Shown here: positions 46,973-55,899 of the stretch, piece by piece
Position numbering within the stretch: position 1 is the first letter of the stretch
Layout: each line of letters opens with the position of its first letter
From: an uncultured Planctomycetaceae bacterium
GTDB taxonomy: Bacteria; Planctomycetota; UBA1135; GCA-002686595
Assembly (NCBI GenBank): GCA_964417955.1
Contig: CAYQKK010000002.1
Coordinates: 83,753 to 147,752 of the forward strand
Length of the DNA stretch: 64,000 nt
Direction of reading: 5' to 3'
Translations under genes and position numbers: made by a program
The notes under the pieces: model-generated
Told to the model about the DNA's origin: nothing
The model's database searches: none
What the model saw: the letters and a program-made list of their open reading frames with translations, nothing else

Positions 46973-48355
46973 ATGACCACCGCTTCCTATCCGCTCATTC
47001 GAGTTCTGTCGCTGGCATCCCTCGCTGCGTTGGTCTCATGTTCTGACAGCCGCGTCGAGGCGAAGGCTCCGTCCCCGCGCTCTGCCGACGCAGCAGCGAA
47101 GAGGCCCACGAGGAGTCGCACGGACGACCTCCCGGTAGGGCGCTGGTTCCCGCTGAGGGCGGCCACGGATGGGCCCCGGGATTCGACGCCCAAGGAAATC
47201 GCTCGGGAAGGCGACCTCAGCGCCCTCGGCTACGCGGGGGCCTATGAAAAGAGCGATGGCCGAAGCGGAGCGATCGTCCATGACGCCAGCCGGATGGAGC
47301 CGGGGCTGACGCTCCATTGCTCGGGCCACGATACGTCGGTGATGCTCATCGACGCCGAAGGAGCCGTCGTCCATCACTGGCACATCGACTACGACGAGGT
47401 CTTTCCAGATCCGCTGCCCGAGGTCGTGCAAGAGTTCCACTCCGAGTTCGTGCGCCGCGCATGGCCGTTCCCGAACGGCGACCTGCTCGCGATCTTTGAG
47501 TACACCGGCATCACGCGGGTGGATGCGGATGGCAAGCCGCTCTGGGCCCTCGCGAACCTGAGCCACCACGACTTCAAGATCTTGGGGAACGGCACGATCG
47601 TGACCCTCGACGTCGCCCGGCGTAGCTTCGATTGGATGCGAAAGCAGTACAAGATCCGCCGCTTTCGCAAGGGCGTCATGGACAGTCACGTGGTGTTCAT
47701 TGCCCCCGATGGAGAGATCCTCCGGAAGTTCTCGATCTTCGAGGCCATCCTTCGCTCGCCGTTCGCATCGTTCCTGAACACCATCACGCCGACGAGCGAG
47801 GACATCTTCCACGCCAACTCCGTCGACGTACTCGACGCCGCTGCTGCCGAAGCGTTTCCGCTCTTCGGCGCGGGGGACGTACTCGTATCGCTGCGGAACC
47901 CAAGCGCCTTGGCGGTGTTCGACGGCAGGACAGAGAAGCTCAAGTGGCTCCACCGCGGCGTCCCCACCGCCCAGCACCAGGCGTCGTTCTTGGGGACCGG
48001 CTCGATCCTGATGTTCGACAACGCCGGCGCCAACGAGAAGTTCCCGCTGCGATGCAATCGATCCCGAGCCGTGGAGATCGACCCGGTAACGCATCAGCCG
48101 GTGTGGCAATACCCGCCTTTGGGTCGCAGGGCCGATCTCTACTCAGAGATGCTGGGCTACGTCGAACGACTTCCCGGGGGCAACACGCTCATCACCGAAT
48201 CGATGCAAGGGCACCTCTTGGAGGTCACCCCGGCGGGGGACCTCGTGTGGGAGTACTACAGCCCCTATCGCGCAGGGGACGAGGACGAGTTCATCACGAC
48301 GCTCATGGGCGCCCGCCGCATCCCGCGCTCGGCGCTTCCCTTCCTCGATGAGTAG
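46973..48355 (+). CDS. Arylsulfotransferase (ASST)-like lipoprotein
   Basis: Lipobox LVS|C from ATG 46973; HHDF, FHANSV, QHQAS, MFDN, ERLPGGNTLITES, GDLVWEY. Confidence 0.8.
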   Translation: MTTASYPLIRVLSLASLAALVSCSDSRVEAKAPSPRSADAAAKRPTRSRTDDLPVGRWFPLRAATDGPRDSTPKEIAREGDLSALGYAGAYEKSDGRSGAIVHDASRMEPGLTLHCSGHDTSVMLIDAEGAVVHHWHIDYDEVFPDPLPEVVQEFHSEFVRRAWPFPNGDLLAIFEYTGITRVDADGKPLWALANLSHHDFKILGNGTIVTLDVARRSFDWMRKQYKIRRFRKGVMDSHVVFIAPDGEILRKFSIFEAILRSPFASFLNTITPTSEDIFHANSVDVLDAAAAEAFPLFGAGDVLVSLRNPSALAVFDGRTEKLKWLHRGVPTAQHQASFLGTGSILMFDNAGANEKFPLRCNRSRAVEIDPVTHQPVWQYPPLGRRADLYSEMLGYVERLPGGNTLITESMQGHLLEVTPAGDLVWEYYSPYRAGDEDEFITTLMGARRIPRSALPFLDE

Positions 48356-48356
48356 G

Positions 48357-48908
48357 TCAATCAACGGACCGCGAAAGGTCCGCTAAACGCCTAGCCTCCG
48401 CGAGCATCCTCTCAGCGGCAACCGCGCCGAACGTCTGAGCTAGGTCGGCCTCGCGGTCAAAGGCCGCCGCGTAGAGCACCGCAGCGAGCGCAGCGTACTT
48501 CGGCGCATAGTCGGGGCGCTCTAGCTCGTAGTCCGTCACGTTCGCCGAGCGGTCCATCAGCTTGATGGCGAGGGCCTCCGGCGAGCCAGTCGCGAACGTG
48601 GCGAGGTAGGCGCTTTTCTCCTGGCCGGCCTCGTCGAAGGTCATCTCATCCACAAAACCAGCGGCGCGGGCGCCGAACTGCTCGGCCACCTGGGCGTGGC
48701 TGACGTCGGTGTCTTCCACCACGTCGTGGAGTAGCGCCGCGACGATCACGTCCTCGTCGCGGACCCCGGCGTCCCCGAGGCGCTTCGCGACGTCCACCGT
48801 GTGGAACACGTAGGGCACGCCCGAGCCCTTGCGGCGCTGTCCGCGGTGGGCTTCAACGGCAAAGGCGAGTGCTCGCTCGGCGGGACTGAGGTTTTCCATG
48901 ACCCCCAT
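48357..48908 (-). CDS. HD-domain protein, small alarmone hydrolase (Mesh1/SpoT HD-like)
   Basis: AHRGQRRKGSGVPYVFH, AALLHDVVEDT, IKLMDRSAN. Confidence 0.8.
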   Translation of the reverse strand: MGVMENLSPAERALAFAVEAHRGQRRKGSGVPYVFHTVDVAKRLGDAGVRDEDVIVAALLHDVVEDTDVSHAQVAEQFGARAAGFVDEMTFDEAGQEKSAYLATFATGSPEALAIKLMDRSANVTDYELERPDYAPKYAALAAVLYAAAFDREADLAQTFGAVAAERMLAEARRLADLSRSVD

Positions 48909-48968
48909 TCTGCCATTCTGGAGCCCGACTGGCCCCCCAAAACGCTAACAAACCACTACCATCGGCGC

Positions 48969-51900
48969 GTGCCCGAAGCCCCTCCCCCCAAGCTCATCCA
49001 GCATCCAGCCAAGGCCCCCCACGCCTACAAGGGCGGGTCTTCGGCGTCGACTGCCTATGCCGAGCTGAGCGTCACTTCCAACTTCAGCTTCCTCCGGGGT
49101 GCCAGTCACCCCGAAGAGTTCGTGCACACCGCCGCTGCGCTCGGGCACCGCTTTGCCGCGATCGCCGACCGCAACTCCCTCGCAGGCGTCGTGCGCGCCC
49201 ACGTGGCCGCCGAGGAGTGCGGCATCGGACTCGCGGTCGGCGCGCGCATTGTCTTTGCCGAGGAGGAACGCGCTCCCGAAGTGCTCGTCTTTCCCCGCGA
49301 CCGCGCTAGCTACGGTCGACTCGCACGTCTCTTGACCATCGGCAAGCGTCGGGCCGACAAGGGCAGCTGCCTGCTCGCCGTCGAGGACCTGCTGGAGCAC
49401 CAAGAGGGGCTGCACGCCGTGATTTGCCCGCCGGGGATCTCGGAGTTTGCGCGCTTCGACGATTCGCTCGAGCGCGCGACGAAGAGGCTGCGCGGCGCCT
49501 TCGGCTCTGACCGCCTTTCCCTTGGAGCGGCGCTCCTAGGGACCGCCGACGGGCGCGGCGACCTCGAGCATCTGCTGCGGATCTCCCAAAGGCTCGATGT
49601 TCCGCTCACCTGCCTCAACGATGCTCACTACCACATCCGTAGGCGCCGCGCCCTCCAAGATGTCGTGACCGCGGTGCGTCACGGCTGCTCTGTGGATACG
49701 GCGGGCTACGCGCTGTTTCCCAACGCCGAGCGGCACCTGAAAGAGCCCGCCGCCATGGCAGAGCTATTCCAAGGGCACCGCGCGCTCCTCGACCGCGCCA
49801 CCGCCATCGCCGAGGAAGCCGCCGGCTTCAAGCTCAGCGAGCTGCGCTACCACTATCCCTCGGAGGTACGGGAAGACGGGCGTACGGCCTTGGAGACACT
49901 GATCCATGAAACGTGGGAAGGCGCCGCAAAACGCTATGGGAAGGCCGTTCCAGAGAATGTCCGGTCGCGCATCGAGTATGAGTTTCGCCTGATCGAGGAT
50001 CTCGACTACGCGCCCTACTTTCTCACGGTGCACGACATCGTGCGTTTTGCGCGCTCCCGGTCCATTCTGTGCCAAGGACGCGGGGCCGCCGCGAACTCCG
50101 CCGTTTGCTACTGCCTCGGCGTCACGGCCGTGGACCCCGATCGGATCGACCTGTTGTTCGAGCGCTTCCTGTCGAAGGAGCGCAACGAACCGCCCGACAT
50201 CGACATCGATTTTGAGCACGAGCGGCGTGAAGAAGTCCTCCAGTACGTGTACCGACGCTACGGCCGAGAGCGCGCCGCCCTGACCGCCGAAGTGGTCAGC
50301 TACCGCGGACGCAGCGCCGTGCGCGAAGTGGGCAAGGCCCTCGCGTTCTCACCGGACCTCGTCGATCGACTCGCGAAGGACATGGAGTGGTGGAACGACA
50401 AGATCGAGGGCGGCGAGGGGCTCGCCAAGCACGGTCTGGATCCGAACTCTCCGGTGGCGCGCCGCTTCACTGCGCTCACGGGTGAGATCCTCGGTTTCCC
50501 AAGACACCTATCCCAGCACGTAGGTGGCTTCGTGATTACCGAGGACGCGCTGTGCGAGCTCGTCCCCATCGAGAATGCGTCGATGGCGGACCGCACCGTG
50601 ATCGAATGGGACAAGGACGACATCGACGCGCTCGGGATTCTAAAAGTCGACCTCCTCGGCCTTGGCATGCTCACTGCGGTGCGTAAAACCTTCGAGCTCG
50701 TGGCGGAAAGCGGCGTGGACCCAGGCTTCGAGGTTCCAGCCGACGGCGGCTTCACCATGCACACGATTCCCCCGGAGGACCCGGCGGTCTACAGGATGAT
50801 CTGTCGCGCAGACACGGTCGGGGTCTTCCAAATCGAGTCGCGGGCCCAGATGCAGATGCTGCCGCGGCTCAAGCCAATGGAGTTCTATGACCTCGTGATC
50901 GAGGTGGCCATCGTGCGACCAGGACCCATCCAAGGCGACATGGTGCACCCGTACCTGCGGCGGCGTGCGGGCACGGAGCCTGTGACCTACCCCAGCGCGG
51001 ACGTGCGACGCGTGCTGGAGAAAACCCTGGGCGTGCCGCTCTTCCAAGAGCAGGCCATGGCCTTGGCGGTGGTCGCCGCTGGCTTCACCCCCGGTGAAGC
51101 CGACAAGCTTCGTCGCGCCATGGCCGCGTGGAAGCGCAAGGGCGACCTGATGAAGCGCTACGGGGAAAAGCTCGTCGCCGGCATGATCGACAACGGCTAC
51201 GACGAAGAGTTCGCCCAGCGCATCTTCCGCCAGCTAGAGGGCTTCAGCGAGTACGGCTTTCCCGAGTCCCATGCGGCTAGCTTCGCGCTGCTCGTCTACG
51301 TGTCGTCGTGGCTCAAGCTCTATCACCCGGGGGCGTTCTGCGGCGCGCTCATCAACTCCCAGCCGATGGGATTCTATGGGCCCTCCCAGCTCGTGCAGGA
51401 CGCCCAGGCCCACGGGGTCGAGGTGCGCCCCATCGATGTCAATCACAGCCGCTGGAACTGCACGATGGAGGGCCCGGCCCTGCGCCTCGGCATGCGCCTG
51501 ATCAAGGGCTTTCGGGAACCCAGCGCGACCGCCTTGGTCGAAGCGCGCGAGCGCCTCGGCCGTCCGTTCCGCTCTATGGACGAAGTCCAGCGCACCACGG
51601 GGCTGCGAGCGTCCAGACTGAAGCCCCTCGCCTCTGCCGACGCTTTCGGCTCGTTAGACCTAGGGCGCAAGGCGGCGCTTTGGTCCATCCGCGCCCTTCG
51701 GGACGAGGACCTCAGTGCTCCCACTCTCTTCAGCGGCATCGACACGGACGGAAGTGCTGGGGCTGACGCCCTCCCTTCCACCGGGCCGCTCCACGAGGTC
51801 GTCAGCGACTACGCCTCCCACAGCCTGTCCCTCAAGGCGCACCCCGTTTCGTTCCTGCGGCCGATGCTCGAACGGCGCGGCGCGGTGACCGCCGCCGCTC

Positions 51901-52211
51901 TCCAGGACGAAGCACTGTGCGCCGACAAAGCACGCGTCGCGGTGGCGGGCATCGTGCTCGTGCGTCAGCGCCCCGCGACAGCCCAGGGCATCATCTTCAT
52001 CACCCTCGAGGACGAGACCGGCACCATCAACCTCGTCGTCCACCCGAAGACCTTCGAGCGCTACCGCGCCGCCGCTCGCCACGGTGTGACGCTGATCGTC
52101 CACGGCAAGGTGGACCGCGTTGGCCAAGTCGTGCACCTAGTCACATGGCGCATCGAAAGCCTCGACGGCGAGGCCGCAGGCCTCCAGCGGGGCTCCCGCG
52201 ATTTCCACTAG
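48969..52211 (+). CDS. dnaE2: Error-prone DNA polymerase DnaE2
   Basis: YAELSVTSNFSFLRGASHPEE, GRGAAANS, PPDIDIDFEHERREE, RHLSQHVGGFVI, FQIESRAQ, C-terminal SRDFH. GTG start at 48969 follows a TACCAT box. Confidence 0.95.
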   Translation: MPEAPPPKLIQHPAKAPHAYKGGSSASTAYAELSVTSNFSFLRGASHPEEFVHTAAALGHRFAAIADRNSLAGVVRAHVAAEECGIGLAVGARIVFAEEERAPEVLVFPRDRASYGRLARLLTIGKRRADKGSCLLAVEDLLEHQEGLHAVICPPGISEFARFDDSLERATKRLRGAFGSDRLSLGAALLGTADGRGDLEHLLRISQRLDVPLTCLNDAHYHIRRRRALQDVVTAVRHGCSVDTAGYALFPNAERHLKEPAAMAELFQGHRALLDRATAIAEEAAGFKLSELRYHYPSEVREDGRTALETLIHETWEGAAKRYGKAVPENVRSRIEYEFRLIEDLDYAPYFLTVHDIVRFARSRSILCQGRGAAANSAVCYCLGVTAVDPDRIDLLFERFLSKERNEPPDIDIDFEHERREEVLQYVYRRYGRERAALTAEVVSYRGRSAVREVGKALAFSPDLVDRLAKDMEWWNDKIEGGEGLAKHGLDPNSPVARRFTALTGEILGFPRHLSQHVGGFVITEDALCELVPIENASMADRTVIEWDKDDIDALGILKVDLLGLGMLTAVRKTFELVAESGVDPGFEVPADGGFTMHTIPPEDPAVYRMICRADTVGVFQIESRAQMQMLPRLKPMEFYDLVIEVAIVRPGPIQGDMVHPYLRRRAGTEPVTYPSADVRRVLEKTLGVPLFQEQAMALAVVAAGFTPGEADKLRRAMAAWKRKGDLMKRYGEKLVAGMIDNGYDEEFAQRIFRQLEGFSEYGFPESHAASFALLVYVSSWLKLYHPGAFCGALINSQPMGFYGPSQLVQDAQAHGVEVRPIDVNHSRWNCTMEGPALRLGMRLIKGFREPSATALVEARERLGRPFRSMDEVQRTTGLRASRLKPLASADAFGSLDLGRKAALWSIRALRDEDLSAPTLFSGIDTDGSAGADALPSTGPLHEVVSDYASHSLSLKAHPVSFLRPMLERRGAVTAAALQDEALCADKARVAVAGIVLVRQRPATAQGIIFITLEDETGTINLVVHPKTFERYRAAARHGVTLIVHGKVDRVGQVVHLVTWRIESLDGEAAGLQRGSRDFH

Positions 52212-52930
52212 CCATCTAACAGTTCAATCGCGCGCTCGATCTTGACGGTCAAGGCGGTGAAGACCGCTGCCTGGGCTTCCTTGAAGGTCGAGTTCGACCG
52301 CATGAGGTTGCGGAAACGCGGCTCGTTCTCGAGGGCGATGAAGACCGGATGGAGCCCGCTGACCGTCGTGCCGTCCAGCGTCGTGGCGACGTGGGGCCCA
52401 AAGTCCTCAAGGTAGGGAAACATCCGCTCCAGCACGAAGTTGCGGTTGATCCGATCCCACTCTTCAGCCTGCGAATAGTCCCGTTCGTAGAGGTGAATCA
52501 GCTCACCTAGAACGCCCTTGTCGCGGATGAGGTGCGACCCCCCGGTTTGGCGCAGCTCGGCGTAGGTCGCAAGGGAGCCGCGGAAGCCGGTGTAGGTCAG
52601 GGCGATGTCCATGACCTGATCAAGCTCCTGATTCACGAGGGCCACTCGCTTCTCAGGGTCCATCGCCGCGTGCAGGCGATCCACGGACTGCCCGAGCGAT
52701 TCGATCTGACCACGGAGCACATCCAAGTCCTCACGAAGCTCGCCCTTGAAGCCTGCGAGAAAACGTGCTTCCTCTGCGCGCCCCGCGCGCTGCTCCCGCA
52801 GGTCCTGAAGCCAGAACGAGAGCGAGATCCCCGCCACTACGATCACGAACTCAAGGAAGAGCCGGAGCCCATCGAGCCTAGGGCGCCTGGGCTCTGAAGA
52901 TCTGCTTGCGGGCGCTTCGGTAGGCTCCAT
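52208..52930 (-). CDS. Hypothetical membrane-anchored protein (DUF6090-like)
   Basis: FLEFVIVVAGISLSF N-terminal TM, ELREDL coiled coil, YAELRQTG. Confidence 0.6.
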   Translation of the reverse strand: MEPTEAPASRSSEPRRPRLDGLRLFLEFVIVVAGISLSFWLQDLREQRAGRAEEARFLAGFKGELREDLDVLRGQIESLGQSVDRLHAAMDPEKRVALVNQELDQVMDIALTYTGFRGSLATYAELRQTGGSHLIRDKGVLGELIHLYERDYSQAEEWDRINRNFVLERMFPYLEDFGPHVATTLDGTTVSGLHPVFIALENEPRFRNLMRSNSTFKEAQAAVFTALTVKIERAIELLDG

Positions 52931-52983
52931 AGGAGCGTCATCCTAGCAAACAGCGGCGCCCTACCCTGGGAACCTCGCTACGG

Positions 52984-53898
52984 CTACAGCGAATAGACGC
53001 CGTGGCTCGCTAGTGCGAGCCGAACGGCCGCGGCGCGGCGCTCGATCAATCGAAGGTCCGCCAGCTCTTGGGTAACCTCTACGTTCGAGCGTTCAAGGTA
53101 GCCCTGGCGAAGCCGCCCAGCGCCGTTCATGTCGGGCTGACAACTCTCGGGCGCGCCGGACTGGGCGGAGGGCAGGAAATGTGACTGACCAACCGCAGTG
53201 AGCGCTGCCGCGTCGGCAAAGACGTGAACCCGGATCGATCCAATCAGGTTGACGTTCGAGCTGACAGGCGCTGGGAAGACGAGTCCGTCCGTCGAAACCA
53301 AGAGGCTGTCCGGCCCGAACCCCTCGGGAACCGTCACCTGATCGGTCAGAAGATACCCCTCCGACGTCACAAGCTTCCCCCCGGGGGCTTGTCGAAAGCT
53401 CCCCGAGCGCGTGTAGCTCAAGGACCCATCGGGGCGACGGACCTGGAAGAACCCGCTGCCGTCAATCGCGAGATCGAGCCACCGATCGGTGCGTTCGAGC
53501 GGGCCCTGGGCCATGTCTTGGCGAGTGTCCGTCACAAGCGGCATGGCAACCCCGGTGGCCTTGTCTCGCCAAGACGCCTCAACGACCTGATGTCGCTTGT
53601 ACCCTGGAACATGGGCGTTCGCGATGTTTTGACACCGGGCCGCGTGCTCCAACTCCAACCCATTCATCGCGGTTTGGAGCGACTCCACCTCGCTTCCCTC
53701 GGAAAGGACCGGAGGTCCAAAGGTAGGAAGAACGGCTTCGGTGAGCTGCCCACCGCCGGACGCGGCCAGGATCGCTCCGAGTTGATCCACACGATCACCC
53801 GAGGGCGACAGCTCGGCGTATGGCTGCACGGTCGAGGATGCCGTTTGGCACCCCACGGCAAAGACGAGGGTGGCGAGAGAGCAGGTACGCTGCAGCAT
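52984..53898 (-). CDS. FlgG-like flagellar rod homolog with an N-terminal lipoprotein signal
   Basis: QNIANAHVPGYKR, QGPLERTDRWLDLAIDGSGFFQV, YTRSGSF, LVTSEGY, QGYLERSNV; preceded by MLQRTCSLATLVFAVG|C. Confidence 0.75.
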   Translation of the reverse strand: MLQRTCSLATLVFAVGCQTASSTVQPYAELSPSGDRVDQLGAILAASGGGQLTEAVLPTFGPPVLSEGSEVESLQTAMNGLELEHAARCQNIANAHVPGYKRHQVVEASWRDKATGVAMPLVTDTRQDMAQGPLERTDRWLDLAIDGSGFFQVRRPDGSLSYTRSGSFRQAPGGKLVTSEGYLLTDQVTVPEGFGPDSLLVSTDGLVFPAPVSSNVNLIGSIRVHVFADAAALTAVGQSHFLPSAQSGAPESCQPDMNGAGRLRQGYLERSNVEVTQELADLRLIERRAAAVRLALASHGVYSL

Positions 53899-54037
53899 GG
53901 TGGCGACTCCGGGAAAGCGGCGATAGGTAGTAGGGCGATCCCCACCCCTCTACCGTCGGCAGCCGCTGAGCCAATCTTGCCCCGTGACCCGTCAGGAAGT
54001 TTCCGCCCTGGGTGCCCATCGGATGCGACTTCCCGGG

Positions 54038-55759
54038 CTAGAGCGTCTTGAGGTACTCGATGATGGCGCGGCGTTCTTCCGCGTCGAGTGCTTCGCCAAA
54101 GTCGTGGCCCACCGCCGCCATTCCACGCCGCTTCGAACTTCTGACGCGATGGTCGCGCCTTCCCGCGCGGTGCTCTTCCGGTTCGAGGAAGCGTGCCGCA
54201 AGCCCGAGGGACTCGTGGTCGTAGGCCGCCGTGTCGAGGGCGACCCATGCGTGCTCGCCGCGCTCCTCAAGGTCGATGCGCAGCTCGTAGTTGAGCAAGT
54301 GGTCTACCGTAGGCACCGAACCGTTGTGCAGGTAGGGCGCTGAGGCCCAGATTCCGTGGAGCGGCGGGACAACGTAGCCCTCGTCCGCGACCGAGTCCGC
54401 GGCGATCTCGACCTGATGGCCATCGGGGCCCTCCGTTAGGAAGCCCACGAGGCTATCGCGAAACGTTTGATCGAGCGCCGTTGGATACAGCGCATCGGTT
54501 CCGATGACGGCCGCGTCGATGCGCCTCGAAACGTAAGCCGGTCCGCTGCCGTCGTAGTGGCCGTGGCACCGGGCGCACGTACGGTTGAAGAGCCCCTGTC
54601 CGCGCTCTGCCAAGGCGGCGTCGACCGTGCCTGGGTAGGCGGGCGCCTCGAGTCCGTCGATGAAGGCGAAGATCGACTGAAACTCGTCGTCCCAGCTGCG
54701 AATGCGCTCTCCTGAGATGCCGCCGGGCTCGACGAAGCGTGACAGCGACAGCTGAGCGAGGAGCGGCATGGTCGGGATCCCTTGGGCGACACGCGTGAGG
54801 AACCTCTCGCTGTCGAAGGGTTCGCCCTTGCGGGTCGCTGCGCGGATGGAGTCCTCGCGAATCACGAAGATCTCGCGGGCAGCGACCGTCCCGATCTTCT
54901 TCGCCAGCGCCGCCTCCTCCCCGCTCAGTATCAGCTCACGCACCGGTGCCTTGAACGTCATGTCCTCCAGCCCGAGGGTGAACTGCATCACCGTCCGGTG
55001 GTTCTTCTCCACGCTGTGATCAAGGTAGAGATGCGACTTGTGCTGCAGCTGCCACCAGGCCGGCGCATCCAAAGCGAGGAGTCCGTCCGGAAGCGAGCGC
55101 AGCCGCGCCACGTTCTTCGATCCGCCGCGCACCAAGCCTGGGATCGGCTTGAGGTCCATGTTGGGTTCGCGAAAGCGCAGCAGGAGCTCGCCGAACAGCG
55201 TCGCCTCGGTCGTGCCGACGGTATGGCCTAGCTGGGCCATGGCCATGCCTTCGTCGAGGCCCGTACGGTCGCGAGCTTTCTCGGCGACGACGTCTGTCAC
55301 AAAGCGCTCCAGCATGAGCGAGCTGTTGGCGAGGCCGGCGTGATACTCGCCCGCGATCGCCCCCCCGTGGCAGGCGAGGCAGTTCATGGTCCAAACGCCT
55401 TCGGCCTCGCCAGGCCCGCGGGGCGGCGTCGCAAAGGCGGCGGGGACGTCGCTGCCTCGCTGGGGATCGAGGTGGAGGCCGTAGTAGTCGAGCAGCATCC
55501 CGTAGAGCTGACCCTCGGGCTCCCCGTGACCTTCTGGTTCCACCGCCAGACGCGCCGCCTCGTCCCGGAGCCCGCCAGAGGGCCAATGGCGCCAAAGCTC
55601 CATGAACTGCGCCCGCGTCAGGGTGAACGACTGCATCGGCACCTCGTACAAGATGCGTAACCCCTCGGGCAGCGATTCCTGCCCGAAGAGCGGATGAGCC
55701 CCGCAGAGCTGGCTAGCCCCGGAGATGGCAGCCAGCACGATGATCGGTGTGATTCTCAT
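54038..55759 (-). CDS. Secreted di-heme cytochrome c (RoxA / cytochrome c peroxidase-like)
   Basis: Signal from ATG 55759; NCLACH, TCARCH, DAPAWW, PPLHGIWASAPYLHNGSVPT. Confidence 0.8.
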   Translation of the reverse strand: MRITPIIVLAAISGASQLCGAHPLFGQESLPEGLRILYEVPMQSFTLTRAQFMELWRHWPSGGLRDEAARLAVEPEGHGEPEGQLYGMLLDYYGLHLDPQRGSDVPAAFATPPRGPGEAEGVWTMNCLACHGGAIAGEYHAGLANSSLMLERFVTDVVAEKARDRTGLDEGMAMAQLGHTVGTTEATLFGELLLRFREPNMDLKPIPGLVRGGSKNVARLRSLPDGLLALDAPAWWQLQHKSHLYLDHSVEKNHRTVMQFTLGLEDMTFKAPVRELILSGEEAALAKKIGTVAAREIFVIREDSIRAATRKGEPFDSERFLTRVAQGIPTMPLLAQLSLSRFVEPGGISGERIRSWDDEFQSIFAFIDGLEAPAYPGTVDAALAERGQGLFNRTCARCHGHYDGSGPAYVSRRIDAAVIGTDALYPTALDQTFRDSLVGFLTEGPDGHQVEIAADSVADEGYVVPPLHGIWASAPYLHNGSVPTVDHLLNYELRIDLEERGEHAWVALDTAAYDHESLGLAARFLEPEEHRAGRRDHRVRSSKRRGMAAVGHDFGEALDAEERRAIIEYLKTL

Positions 55760-55825
55760 TCCTGTCGTCCGGTGGCCGCGTCTATGCCCTTGAGGCCGCA
55801 TGAGCGAGCGAAGAGCCCATCGCGC

Positions 55826-55853
55826 GGAACTTGTACCCTAGGGGCTGCGTCTT
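55826..55853 (+). promoter_or_regulatory. Putative ECF sigma-dependent promoter
   Basis: GGAACTT (55826-55832), 16-nt spacer, GTCTT (55849-55853), 47 nt upstream of ATG 55900. Confidence 0.45.
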
Positions 55854-55899
55854 CAGGGACGAAACACGATCCACGCCAGACCTCTCCCCCGCGACACCC

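Noticed and set aside
48801-48968. N-terminal extension of DnaE2 in the ORF track
   Set aside because: Overlaps the HD gene on the opposite strand; GTG 48969 has a TACCAT-N6 promoter signature and lies just before the conserved N-terminus
52984-53898. Flagellar operon
   Set aside because: Only one rod-like gene; no flgF/flgH/flgA or other flagellar neighbours
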